From positions 6,376 through 70,375 of the forward strand of contig CAJFLE010000006.1 in assembly GCA_904387375.1 (NCBI GenBank): a stretch of 64,000 nucleotides of DNA, in the 5' to 3' direction. Made by a program: the position numbers and the translations under genes. Within the stretch, counting starts at the first letter, position 1. The number at the start of each line of letters is the position of its first letter. The notes beneath the pieces were generated by a model. It saw only the letters and a program-made list of their open reading frames with translations, was not told where the DNA came from and searched no databases. The stretch comes from Candidatus Protoclostridium gallicola (GTDB lineage Bacteria; Bacillota; Clostridia; Christensenellales; Pumilibacteraceae). Shown here one piece after another: positions 8,266-17,651 of this stretch.

Positions 8266-10911
8266 TTACGCTCTTGGCAGCGCCTCGACGCGCTTCCATA
8301 TCAGATCGGCGATTGCCCCGGCGCCGTAACCGCCGTGAAGCGAAGCCATGTTTTCGGCGTACGGGCACAGCAGCGAAGGATCGGCGGCGAACTCGTTCAC
8401 CTTTGCCGCGGCCGCCTTCGCGTCGGGGATATAAAGTCCGCCGCGCACTTTGTTCACGTAATATTTTTTCATGCCTTTTTCTATGTACGTGATGCACTTG
8501 GTTATGATGACGGGCACGCCGAAGTATGCGGGTTCCGCCATGGAGTTGGCGCCGCCCTTGCCCACGAACACGTCCGCCGCGGCGATATATTTCAGGGCGT
8601 CGTCGGTGAACCCTACGGGCACGATGCGCACGGTCGGCGAAGTCGGGGCGCGTTTCAGCCGCCCGACGAGCTCGTCGTTGGTGCCGCACAGCGCAAAGAG
8701 GGTCATTTTCTTATCCGAGCGGGCGAGCTCGGTCACCGTTTCTTCCAGCCGCGCCATGCCGTAGCCGCCGTCGCACAGCGTGACGGCGAAGGTGCCGTCC
8801 GCGCCCAGTTCCTTTTTGAGTTCTTCTTTCCTGCCGACGTACTCTTCCGCCTCTTCCCTTATGGGGAAAGGCACCGCGGTCGCGTTGCCGCCCGCGTACA
8901 TTCTGCGGCGGCCGAGGGCTTTAAGCCCCTCGCGCGTGGGAATGAGAAAATCGTTGCAGTCCATGTTGAACATGCCGTTGGAATATACGTCGGGGCAGAA
9001 CAGCATGGTGTAAGGGTGCGGCTTCATGCGCTTGGAATAGAACGCGGTCGCCCAGTGCGTCGTGAACAGCAGATCGGCGTCCAGCTCTTTCAGATGCGCG
9101 GACGCGGCGCGGCGGGACATTATGCCGCCCGCGGTCATGGCCATGAGAAACTGCTGGCCGAGCGCGTCGCCGGCGAGGAAGTTGCCGATGCGGCACAGCT
9201 TGCCGAGTATGCCGTTGCGGCTCTGCATTTTGACGGCGAGCGCGAAGCCTTTTTCGAAGTCTTCCATCTTCGCGTTGCCCGTTTCGGTATAGAAGCGCGA
9301 TTCCACGACCTCGGCGCGGTCGCCGTACTTTTCGCGGAACGCCCTGCACACCGCCGCCGCGGGCACTATGTGTCCCTTGCCCGCTTCCACGAGCGTGAAC
9401 ACGACGCGCGGCTTCCTGCCTCCCGGCACCGGCCGCACCGCGGCTATGCGCTCGGCGCGCAGCTCTTCGAGGCGGCGCTCGGAAAGCGCGAGGAAAGCGC
9501 AGAAGAATATCTGAATATTGAGATACCAGAAGAAGTTGTCGAGCAGCGACATCGCCACGACGAGCGCCGGCATCAGGCAGAGCAGCAGTTTGTCGAAAGT
9601 GAAGCGGCGTATGACGAGTTCCAGCCAGTCTTTGAGCAGCACGACGAACGCGAGCACGCCGACGACGCCGAGGGCGCCCAGCAGCTCCACGCCTATGTTG
9701 TGATAGAAATTGCTGTATATGTTATCCAGCACCGCGTCGCCGTTATAGCCGCCGTCTATAAAGCCGACGCCGAACACGGGCGCGGACAGGAAGTCCCTCA
9801 TGCCGTCTTCCCACAGCTCGATTCTGCCGCTGTCCGCATTGTCGAAGCGGAAAATGAAATGTATCTTGGCGATCAGCTCTTCGAAGCCGCCGGCTATGCC
9901 CATCATCACGAGCCACGTCACGCCGAGCGCGACGACGAACGCGCCGGTGAATATGCGGTTTGCCGCGCGGTTGCGGCCGCTGATGCAGCAGATCACGATG
10001 CATATAAGCAGCGCCGCGGCGCCGAACACTATGGCGGTTCTGCCGTTCACGTATACGGTGGCGGCGAAGAACAGCACGGCGGCGGCGTAGCCGAGCACGC
10101 CCAGACGGCGGCCGTGAGCGAGGTACATCGACGCGGGAACGGTGAGCGCGAGCACCGCGCCGGTAATATTGAACACGCCCCACGCGAACACCGTATTGTC
10201 GCGCTGGAAGCCGATGATCTCCCCTGCCTCGTCGAGCACGAAGAGCATATCCTCCGCGTTCAGCCTGAGCGACAGTATGAACACCTCGGCGGTGACCATG
10301 AAGCCGAGGCAGACCATGATCTTGCACGCGTATGCGATTATGTCGTCCGTCTTGTCCGTCATGGCGAGAACGACGAAATACAGCAGCGAAATGCCGGCGG
10401 CTTCGAGCACGCCGACGGCGAAATTCATCGGCTCCCATACGGGCGAGAATATGCCGTTAAGCAGGCATGCGCCCGCCATGCACAGCACGCCGACGGTGCA
10501 TATACCGCGCTTGCCGAAAGCGTCTTTGAGCACGCCGGTAACCGCGCACTTATACACGAGAGCCGCGACCATTATGCAGCCGCAGATTATCATGTTCGCC
10601 AGGCCGGCGGGCGCGAACGCCTCGAATACGTCGCCCTTGGACGTTTCTATCGTCAGATCCTTGTCGTCGCCGATGGCGTAATAGGACAGAAAAAGAGGGA
10701 CGAGCATCACCTTGACGTCGTCTCCGAAAAGCGCGGCAAAAACCACGCTCGCAGCATATATCCAGAATACGGGTATGTAGGCGGCCATGCCGAAAGACGC
10801 CGCGAAAACGCCCAGCGCCGCGTACAGCGCGGGGTACCATGCGGTTTTCTGCCACCCGACCAATTTCCCTATTATCTTGTTATTCTCTCTTATTTTAGCG
10901 AAAACTTCCAT
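8266..10911 (-). CDS. Fusion protein: polytopic Wzy_C/O-antigen-ligase-like membrane domain + C-terminal GT-B (GT28/MGDG-synthase-like) glycosyltransferase
   Basis: 881 aa. Residues ~1-480 are about 12 hydrophobic helices with a large loop (..YVNGRTAIVFGAAALL..). Residues ~490-881 show PRVVFTLVEAGKGHIVPAAAV.. and ..AADVFVGKGGANSMAEPAYFGVPVIIT.., typical of MurG/UgtP-type GT-B enzymes. Confidence 0.6.
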   Translation of the reverse strand: MEVFAKIRENNKIIGKLVGWQKTAWYPALYAALGVFAASFGMAAYIPVFWIYAASVVFAALFGDDVKVMLVPLFLSYYAIGDDKDLTIETSKGDVFEAFAPAGLANMIICGCIMVAALVYKCAVTGVLKDAFGKRGICTVGVLCMAGACLLNGIFSPVWEPMNFAVGVLEAAGISLLYFVVLAMTDKTDDIIAYACKIMVCLGFMVTAEVFILSLRLNAEDMLFVLDEAGEIIGFQRDNTVFAWGVFNITGAVLALTVPASMYLAHGRRLGVLGYAAAVLFFAATVYVNGRTAIVFGAAALLICIVICCISGRNRAANRIFTGAFVVALGVTWLVMMGIAGGFEELIAKIHFIFRFDNADSGRIELWEDGMRDFLSAPVFGVGFIDGGYNGDAVLDNIYSNFYHNIGVELLGALGVVGVLAFVVLLKDWLELVIRRFTFDKLLLCLMPALVVAMSLLDNFFWYLNIQIFFCAFLALSERRLEELRAERIAAVRPVPGGRKPRVVFTLVEAGKGHIVPAAAVCRAFREKYGDRAEVVESRFYTETGNAKMEDFEKGFALAVKMQSRNGILGKLCRIGNFLAGDALGQQFLMAMTAGGIMSRRAASAHLKELDADLLFTTHWATAFYSKRMKPHPYTMLFCPDVYSNGMFNMDCNDFLIPTREGLKALGRRRMYAGGNATAVPFPIREEAEEYVGRKEELKKELGADGTFAVTLCDGGYGMARLEETVTELARSDKKMTLFALCGTNDELVGRLKRAPTSPTVRIVPVGFTDDALKYIAAADVFVGKGGANSMAEPAYFGVPVIITKCITYIEKGMKKYYVNKVRGGLYIPDAKAAAAKVNEFAADPSLLCPYAENMASLHGGYGAGAIADLIWKRVEALPRA

Positions 10912-11081
10912 AAAATGTCCGTATCGTCCGTCCGACCCGTAACAGCCATAAGCATTATATATTTTTTTGATTATTATGTCAATAGGCTGACCGCCGCGGG
11001 CGAAGATTTCACGAGACCGTCACCTATTTTTGACAATAAACGCGCGCCGCGGAAGATATGCGTGGGCGCCGCGCGGAAAAT

Positions 11082-11111
11082 TTGACAAACGACGCCGCGG
11101 CATGTTATCAT
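11082..11111 (+). promoter_or_regulatory. Promoter TTGACA-18 nt-TATCAT immediately upstream of rsmA
   Basis: -35 at 11082..11087 and -10 at 11106..11111. Only 6 nt separate the -10 from ATG 11118, and there is no Shine-Dalgarno sequence. Confidence 0.45.
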
Positions 11112-11117
11112 TGCGGC

Positions 11118-11879
11118 ATGGAAGAGTTCAGACATTCCCACGCGCTGGGACAGAATTTCCTCACCGACCGCAACCTGCTCGCCGCCATCGTCGCCGACGC
11201 GGACGTAAAGAGCGGCGACACCGTCATAGAGGTGGGCGCCGGACAGGGCGCGCTGACGCGGCCGCTCGCAATGACGGGCGCGCGCGTATTTGCCTTCGAG
11301 ATCGACGGGCGGCTGGAAGGCTGCCTGCGGGAGCTGGAAAAGGAATACCCCGCGCTCACCGTCGTAATGGGCGACTTCATGAAGAGCGACGCCGCCGCGC
11401 TCGCGGCCGGGCCGTACAAGGCCGTCGCCAACCTGCCCTATTACATAACCACGCCCGTGCTGTTCAGGCTGCTGGACGACCCGATGTGCGAGGGCGTCAC
11501 GGTTATGGTGCAGAAGGAAGTCGCCGAGCGCATAGTCGCCCGGCCGGGCGGCAAGGATTACGGAGTGCTGTCGGTGAGCGCGCAGCTCGCGGGACGGCCG
11601 CGCATTACGCGCACGGTGGGACGGCAGATGTTCACGCCGCCGCCCAACGTGGACAGCGCGGTCGTGCATATAGACGTCTGCCGACGCGGCGACGAAAAGA
11701 CCGCCGCCGTCGTGCGCGCCGCTTTCTCAATGCGCCGCAAGACGCTGATCAACTGTCTTGCGCCCGTATGGGGCAAAAGCGCCGCCGCTTCGGCGATAGA
11801 GGCGCTGGGGCTGGATCCCGCGGTGCGCGGAGAAAGGCTGTCGCCCGAACAATACATCGAACTGGCAAAACTGCTTTAA
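11118..11879 (+). CDS. rsmA: 16S rRNA (adenine1518/1519-N6)-dimethyltransferase
   Basis: HALGQNFLTD and VIEVGAGQGALT (SAM motif I) place it in the KsgA/RsmA family. Start taken at MEEFRH (11118) rather than the ORF-track start 11058. Confidence 0.85.
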   Translation: MEEFRHSHALGQNFLTDRNLLAAIVADADVKSGDTVIEVGAGQGALTRPLAMTGARVFAFEIDGRLEGCLRELEKEYPALTVVMGDFMKSDAAALAAGPYKAVANLPYYITTPVLFRLLDDPMCEGVTVMVQKEVAERIVARPGGKDYGVLSVSAQLAGRPRITRTVGRQMFTPPPNVDSAVVHIDVCRRGDEKTAAVVRAAFSMRRKTLINCLAPVWGKSAAASAIEALGLDPAVRGERLSPEQYIELAKLL

Positions 11880-11883
11880 CGGC

Positions 11884-11925
11884 AACCGTCCCCGGAGGTC
11901 ATACCTTCCGGGGACGGTTTTTTTT
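11884..11925 (+). terminator. Intrinsic terminator of rsmA
   Basis: AACCGTCCCCGGAGG-loop-CCTTCCGGGGACGGTT followed by T8. Confidence 0.8.
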
Positions 11926-11933
11926 CTGCAATT

Positions 11934-12758
11934 TTACGCCTGCGGCTTCTTTCTGCCGCGGCGGGGTTTTGCCTTTTCGCGGGCTTCGTAGAAAGCGCGC
12001 TCGCTCACGCCGCCGCACGTGAATCCCACGCCGAAGCCGGGCATTATGACGTGCAGTCTGCCGCCGCCTATCGCGGTTATGCGCAGTTCGGTCAGTCCGT
12101 CGCCGCGCTCGTAGTCCAGAGCGAGGTCTTTGACCTTTTCGAACACCAGTGCAAGCGGCGTGCGGTTTCCGCCGTATTCCTTGACTCCGAGCTCGGCGGC
12201 TATGCGCATCTCGCGCCTGCCGTGCATGAACGTTTTCAGGCCGTTGACGCGGCAGTTTCCGAACGTGGGCGCGCGGCCGAACAGGCGCACGAGCGCGTCG
12301 AATCCGGCGATCAGTCCGGCGAAATCGTTGACGCTGCGCCGCGGCGACACGGACTCCGCGCCGAAGTGCACGGTCACGCCGCCGTCCGTTTTTTCCAGCG
12401 ACGCGCAGTTGGAATATTCTATCACGCGGCTTCCCAGCCCGGTAAGCGGGTCGCAGGGCACGTCGGTAAACAGACGCGAATCGTCTTCGCGCACTATGTC
12501 CAGCCCGGACACGTCGCAGCCCGCGGCCAGCCGCGCGAACAGCTTTTTGCCGTCCTCGTATGCGGGCTTGGCGTCGGCGCCGGCCGAGAGGGACAGTCTG
12601 CCCGTAACGACCGAGTATTTGTCCTCGTTCCTGGCGGGTTCCAGCTCGAGCGCAATGTCGGTTACGGCCGCGACGGGAACGACGTACGTCTCCCCCGTGC
12701 GCAGCACTACTTCCAGTCTGTCGACGCCCGAAAGGTCGTCTTTTCCGATAATCATCAT
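11934..12758 (-). CDS. Hypothetical protein (no recognisable motifs)
   Basis: Codon usage is consistent with the host. AAGGAGG RBS before ATGATG at 12758. Basic C-terminal tail KAKPRRGRKKPQA. Confidence 0.6.
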   Translation of the reverse strand: MMIIGKDDLSGVDRLEVVLRTGETYVVPVAAVTDIALELEPARNEDKYSVVTGRLSLSAGADAKPAYEDGKKLFARLAAGCDVSGLDIVREDDSRLFTDVPCDPLTGLGSRVIEYSNCASLEKTDGGVTVHFGAESVSPRRSVNDFAGLIAGFDALVRLFGRAPTFGNCRVNGLKTFMHGRREMRIAAELGVKEYGGNRTPLALVFEKVKDLALDYERGDGLTELRITAIGGGRLHVIMPGFGVGFTCGGVSERAFYEAREKAKPRRGRKKPQA

Positions 12759-12778
12759 GTTAGCCTCCTTATGCGTCA

Positions 12779-12807
12779 ATTGTAACATCAAAAGAGACTT
12801 TTGTCAA
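12779..12807 (-). promoter_or_regulatory. Promoter TTGACA-17 nt-TACAAT
   Basis: -35 at 12807..12802 and -10 at 12784..12779 on the minus strand, upstream of the hypothetical gene. Confidence 0.5.
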
Positions 12808-12850
12808 TACCGAAATCGAAAAACGCGTAAAGTTATTGCGCGCGGCGGAC

Positions 12851-12890
12851 AAAAAAACCGTCCGCTCCGAGAGGGGCCGGAACGGACGGG
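12851..12890 (-). terminator. Intrinsic terminator downstream of the 990-aa GH3 gene
   Basis: Minus strand reads CCGTCCG..CGGACGG with inner pairing, followed by T7. Confidence 0.6.
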
Positions 12891-13009
12891 GATAAAGCAC
12901 GGTTACCGCGGTGATTGTGATTGAGGGGACACGGCAACCGGAACTTTGCCGGGGTCGTCGCAAGAAAGCGACTGTATCGTATTCGGTCGCGTCTGTTCGG
13001 CAAGAGCGA

Positions 13010-15982
13010 TTACTGCTCTTCTCCGCCGTCAGAGCCCGATTCGTGAGTCTGCTTTTCGGAAGCGCCGCGCGATTTTTTCAGCGCATGCCTGACGGCAAAG
13101 AAGCCCCAGACCGCAAGCGCGACGGCTATAACGGCGTCGCCGACATACAGCAGCACCGTCCACAGCGGAGGCGTATAGTAATCGACTTCGCCGCGCATGG
13201 CGTTACTGTTTATAAATGTATACAGGATGTTCTTCGCGCTCTGGCGCAGCATTACCGCATCGCCGAGATCGCTCGTATCGCACCAGTCTACGGGAGTGGT
13301 GGCGAGATTGAGATCGCCGCCGGCATAAGCCATCTGCCGTGAGTTCATATATTGCGGTACCGTATTGAAATCGCAGATGACCGTACCGCGGAAGCCCCAT
13401 TCGTCGCGCAGGATCTCGGTAAGCAGGCGATAGTCTCCGCCCGTCCATTTCGTACCTATACGGTTGAAAGAGGACATAAGGCCGCGCGTCTGCCCTTCTT
13501 TTACCGCGATCTCGAAGGGACGAAGGTATATCTCGCGCAGAGACTGCTCGGTGAGCCAGGAGCAGTCACCGTTTATGGAGCGGTGAGTTTCCTGCTCGTT
13601 GGCCACGAAGTGCTTGACCATGCAGATAAGCCCTTTTGTCTGAGCTCCACGGATTTCGGCCGCCGCAAGCTTGCCGGACAGGAAGGGATCTTCGGAGAAG
13701 TATTCCGCGGTTCTGCCGCCGAACGGCGAACGGTGGATATTGATGCCGGGAGCATAGATGGCGGAGTATGCGCTCGTGCCGTCGCCCATAAGCGCTTCGT
13801 CGCCCATTGTCAGACCGAACGTCTCGATAAGTTCGGCGTTCCACGTGGAAGCCATGACAGGCTCACTGCAATAGTGACAGGTACCGCCGACAGATTTGTT
13901 GACGAAGCATGTGAATCCGGCTGGTCCGTCGGAGCCTATGGTCAAGGGCATATTGATTGACTCCACGGCCACAGTCTGATACGCGCCGTAATTATACAGT
14001 TTGATCAGCTCGTCCTCTTTGCACGCGGCCAGCAGAGTCTCCCACTTTTCGTCCCATTCTCCGCCCTCATACGGAATGAAGGGCAGGTAGCTCTCTTCGG
14101 GCTGCTCGAGCGGGAGAATATCCTTGACCTGCAGTACGACGTCTTCGCCGAAGTCGGGATAGTCCATCGTCGTGAAGTCGGTGGGATTGTTGTGCGAAAC
14201 GTCTTTAAGCTCGTTCATCAGCGCGGTCGTCGCCTTGCGCTCCTCCGCCGTGTTCTCGTCCGGGAAGGTATCGTCCCACGCCGCACGCGACAAAATCGTG
14301 GACAGCTGCATATCGCTGTCGGATACGTTCGTAAGATCGGTGGCCGTCACGCTGTAATCCTTGGTGTAGCGGTTGCCGACCGTGTTACCGGTCACCGGAT
14401 CTTTGTCGTATCTTATTTCGGACGCGAGCGTCAGATCGGCCGTCGCAAAAGCGTCGTGCGCATTCTCCGAGATATGGAGCGTATACATGCCCGCTTCCAG
14501 TTCATAACCCGCGAAACCGTTCTTGTTGGCGTCGCGATAGTCGTAGGACGCCATGTCGTAAGGGTCGATCGAGATAGAGAGAGTTTCCTTCTCTCCCTTT
14601 TCGAGCTCGCTTGTCTTGGCGAATCCCACCAGCACTTTATGCGCCTTTTCTATGCCGCCAGGTGTGTACGGAGCCTGCGCGTAAATCTGTACGACGTCCT
14701 TGCCTTTGACGTCGCCGGTGTTCTCCACCTCGACTTCAACTACGATCTCTTCGCCCTCGGATATCGCGCTTTCGGACACGCTCACGAGACGGTGACCGAA
14801 TGTGGTATAAGACAGCCCGTAACCGAACGGATAAACGACGTTTTCGTTATACCACGTCTCGCCTTCTCCACCGGGAACGCCCGAGGCGCCGCGCGTTTCA
14901 TAGTAGCGGTAGCCCACATAGATGCCCTCTTCGTAATCCACGAAATAGTACAGACCGTCGTCGTATTTGTCCGTGGCGTCGGGATGACAGCCGGTGCCGA
15001 AATTGACGAAAGTGGGATCTTTCGAGAAGTCCGCGACCCATGTGTCCGCCGTGTGTCCGGAGGGCGTTACGTCGCCGTTCAGTATGCCGCCCAAAGCCAT
15101 GATGCCTTCCCCGCCCGTAAAGCCTATCCACAGTGCGGCGTCAATCTTGTCTGCGCAGGACAGATAATCGGGATCGTTCAGGAAACCGGCTTCTATCGCG
15201 GACGGCGTATTGAGCACGACTATGACCTTACCGAAGCCGGCGTTACATACGTTCTCGAGCAATGCGCGTTCGTTTGCGTCGAGTTCGAGGTAATGCGAGT
15301 CGGGAGCGACCGCGCCTTCGGTGTCTCCCTGATACCGCGGCAGATCGAAGCCCTCTCCGCCTATGCGGGTGATTACGACAATAGCCGCGTCATTGTAATC
15401 GGCGTAGCTGCTCCTGACGTCGTCCGGATACATACCGAGCGGAGTTTCAGCCGCCGCTATCTTCTGATTGCCGCCGCTGTCGAGGTCGGAGCTGTTTGCC
15501 GCGCGCTTGGGTCCCGAACGCGAATCGTCCTCGTAGAACTTCCTCAGCGTATCGTTGCACTCGAAGCCCGCCGCATCCAGACTGTCGTAGATCGTCTTGT
15601 ATTTTACGTCTCTGAATCCGCTCGAACCGCTGCCGCCGTAAGACAGATTGACGGAGTTCTTGCCGAAAACGGATACACTTGCGCCGCGCGCGAGCGGGAG
15701 CGCGTTGTTCTTGTTTTCCAGAAGGACGGTGCCCTCTTCGCACATCTCGACGGTTTTTTCGTTCGCGTTCGCCAGCGCCTCTTCTTTTGACGCAACGGTA
15801 TCCGTATCGTACATTGCCACGGAGCCTTCCTTATATACGGGCTTGGGTCTGCCGAGGAAAGTTCCTATCGTCTGAAAGAATACCGTCTGCGACAATACGG
15901 TGAGCACCGTAAGGAACACCACGAGCACGCAGGTCACTATGATCCATACGAGGGAGCGTTTGTTTTTGAAAAGAAATTTCAT
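13010..15982 (-). CDS. Glycoside hydrolase family 3 (beta-glucosidase/xylosidase-like), circularly permuted domain order, N- and C-terminal membrane anchors
   Basis: 990 aa. The N-terminal part has the alpha/beta-sandwich domain (KNNALPLARGASVSVFG) and the Fn3-like domain (VVQIYAQAPYTPGGIEKAHKVLVGFAKT). The catalytic TIM-barrel motifs (KHFVANEQE, REIYLRPFE, GTVICDF) sit near the C-terminus. Hydrophobic helices at both ends. Confidence 0.85.
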   Translation of the reverse strand: MKFLFKNKRSLVWIIVTCVLVVFLTVLTVLSQTVFFQTIGTFLGRPKPVYKEGSVAMYDTDTVASKEEALANANEKTVEMCEEGTVLLENKNNALPLARGASVSVFGKNSVNLSYGGSGSSGFRDVKYKTIYDSLDAAGFECNDTLRKFYEDDSRSGPKRAANSSDLDSGGNQKIAAAETPLGMYPDDVRSSYADYNDAAIVVITRIGGEGFDLPRYQGDTEGAVAPDSHYLELDANERALLENVCNAGFGKVIVVLNTPSAIEAGFLNDPDYLSCADKIDAALWIGFTGGEGIMALGGILNGDVTPSGHTADTWVADFSKDPTFVNFGTGCHPDATDKYDDGLYYFVDYEEGIYVGYRYYETRGASGVPGGEGETWYNENVVYPFGYGLSYTTFGHRLVSVSESAISEGEEIVVEVEVENTGDVKGKDVVQIYAQAPYTPGGIEKAHKVLVGFAKTSELEKGEKETLSISIDPYDMASYDYRDANKNGFAGYELEAGMYTLHISENAHDAFATADLTLASEIRYDKDPVTGNTVGNRYTKDYSVTATDLTNVSDSDMQLSTILSRAAWDDTFPDENTAEERKATTALMNELKDVSHNNPTDFTTMDYPDFGEDVVLQVKDILPLEQPEESYLPFIPYEGGEWDEKWETLLAACKEDELIKLYNYGAYQTVAVESINMPLTIGSDGPAGFTCFVNKSVGGTCHYCSEPVMASTWNAELIETFGLTMGDEALMGDGTSAYSAIYAPGINIHRSPFGGRTAEYFSEDPFLSGKLAAAEIRGAQTKGLICMVKHFVANEQETHRSINGDCSWLTEQSLREIYLRPFEIAVKEGQTRGLMSSFNRIGTKWTGGDYRLLTEILRDEWGFRGTVICDFNTVPQYMNSRQMAYAGGDLNLATTPVDWCDTSDLGDAVMLRQSAKNILYTFINSNAMRGEVDYYTPPLWTVLLYVGDAVIAVALAVWGFFAVRHALKKSRGASEKQTHESGSDGGEEQ

Positions 15983-16046
15983 CTTTCATTTACGTGCGAT
16001 ACTCGTGACGGACAAAGCCGTCACCGGGTACCGCCGCCTCCGTATA

Positions 16047-17531
16047 TCAATAATTGTCGAAGGGCAAGCCCTTGCTGCCGTCCCAGGTCAGTACCGCAGA
16101 CGTGTTGATTCTGACTGCGTCCACCATGGGCGCGGCCGCCTCGAGCGTCGTACCGTCCATGGTAACGGAATTCTCCGTCATAAGCCGCAATACGTTCTCT
16201 CCTTCTTTGATGGGCATATTGATGCCGATTGTGTAATACTTGAAGTTCAGGCAATCGACGTAGTTATCGTCGGGCGCGGGCACGCCGGTGAAGACGATGT
16301 CGTCGTAATCGACCTTCTCTCCGTTAAGATAGATACCGTAATTGTCCGGATTGTAAGTGAAATCACGGTATTCCGCAGACAGGCTGACGGATATGGTGGC
16401 GTCCGAAACGGCTATATCGCTGGCGAATGCGAAATCCAGATACAATCCGTTTCTGTAGAGGTAACTGACGCAGCGGTCGCCGCTGGCGTTGCGATTCGCG
16501 ATCGTGACAATCATACCCGTTTCCACCGCCTGACCGGAGAGCGCGGGACCGGATTTGCCCGTAAGGTCTACGTCCTCGGCCTCGAATACATAATCTCTCT
16601 TACCCTCGAAGGCCGCGTCCTTGGTCCAGTGAGCGACAACCGTGATGTCCGCGGTTATGGCGCCGTCGAAATCGAACTCCGCACCCGAGGTGTCGTACCA
16701 GCCGGCGAACACGTATCCGTAACGCTCGGGGTCGGCGGAAGGCTTAGCCACCTTACCGCCTTCTATGACGGGATAGGAATATTCCGTTATGCGGGCGCCG
16801 TAGAAATCGTAATCGAAGGTTACGTCGTGATAAGTCGCGCCGTCCTGCGTCCACAGCGCGTAAAGCGTCAGGTCGCTCGTTACCGCCGTTTCGAAATCGA
16901 ATTTCTCGATATAATCACGGTTCGTGTACCAGCCGACCAGAGTGTAGCCGCTCCTTTCGGCTTCAGGGTCTTCCGCGGTTTTGCCCTGCAGCACGCTTAC
17001 GACCGTCGCCTCGGGAGCGCCGTCGTAGTTAAGCTCGAACGTCACCTTGAAACTCTTGTTGACGACTGTGACCATAAACGTACAGTCCTCGCCCCCGTAT
17101 TCCAGCTTGACGCGCTTTGTACCCGGCGCGGACAATCCGGGAGGAGTGACTTCGACGCCTTCGGCGGTCATGGAGATTTCCTCCGTCGTGCCGTCCTCGT
17201 ATGTCACGAGCAGCGTGCCTCCCGCAAGAGAGAACGTGTCGCCGACCGCATATTCGGTAATATCCGGCTTTTTGGACACTTCTATCTTGGAAACCGCTTT
17301 GTCCTGCTGTCCGGGATTGTCGCCGCCGGGATTGTCGCCGCCGGGATTGTCGTCCGGATTTTTGTTCGGCTCGTCGTCCGCGTCCGGCATGACTTCTCCG
17401 CATACGTCGCACTTGCCGTCGCTGTCCGCATCGGCATGCGTATGCTGTCCTTCCGCGGGACCGCAAGCGGCAAATACGAGCGAAAGGCTCATTATCGCCG
17501 CAATGATGAGAAATACTAATTTTTTCTTCAT
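16047..17531 (-). CDS. Surface lipoprotein with Ig-like domain, two Listeria-Bacteroides-type repeats and a C-terminal CBM-like domain
   Basis: Start moved to MKKKLVFLIIAAIMSLSLVFAAC (lipobox; ATG 17531). GYTLVGWYTNRD..LYALW and GYVFAGWYDTSG..VVAHW repeats. DDNPGGDNPGGDNPG linker. Confidence 0.7.
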   Translation of the reverse strand: MKKKLVFLIIAAIMSLSLVFAACGPAEGQHTHADADSDGKCDVCGEVMPDADDEPNKNPDDNPGGDNPGGDNPGQQDKAVSKIEVSKKPDITEYAVGDTFSLAGGTLLVTYEDGTTEEISMTAEGVEVTPPGLSAPGTKRVKLEYGGEDCTFMVTVVNKSFKVTFELNYDGAPEATVVSVLQGKTAEDPEAERSGYTLVGWYTNRDYIEKFDFETAVTSDLTLYALWTQDGATYHDVTFDYDFYGARITEYSYPVIEGGKVAKPSADPERYGYVFAGWYDTSGAEFDFDGAITADITVVAHWTKDAAFEGKRDYVFEAEDVDLTGKSGPALSGQAVETGMIVTIANRNASGDRCVSYLYRNGLYLDFAFASDIAVSDATISVSLSAEYRDFTYNPDNYGIYLNGEKVDYDDIVFTGVPAPDDNYVDCLNFKYYTIGINMPIKEGENVLRLMTENSVTMDGTTLEAAAPMVDAVRINTSAVLTWDGSKGLPFDNY

Positions 17532-17651
17532 AATCCTTTTTCTCCGTTTTCTATCTCTTATTTTTACAATCCGAGCAATAAGCGCTCCGGCAACATCGCC
17601 ATTGCCGAAGCGCCTATTACTCATATGATCGGAATTACCGTCTGTGCCGGA

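Noticed and set aside
8335-11085. 916-aa ORF on the + strand, the longest ORF in this region.
   Set aside because: It is antisense to the 881-aa membrane/GT-B gene. Its translation is low-complexity and Arg/Ala/His/Gly-rich with no motifs, the typical shadow ORF of a high-GC coding region.
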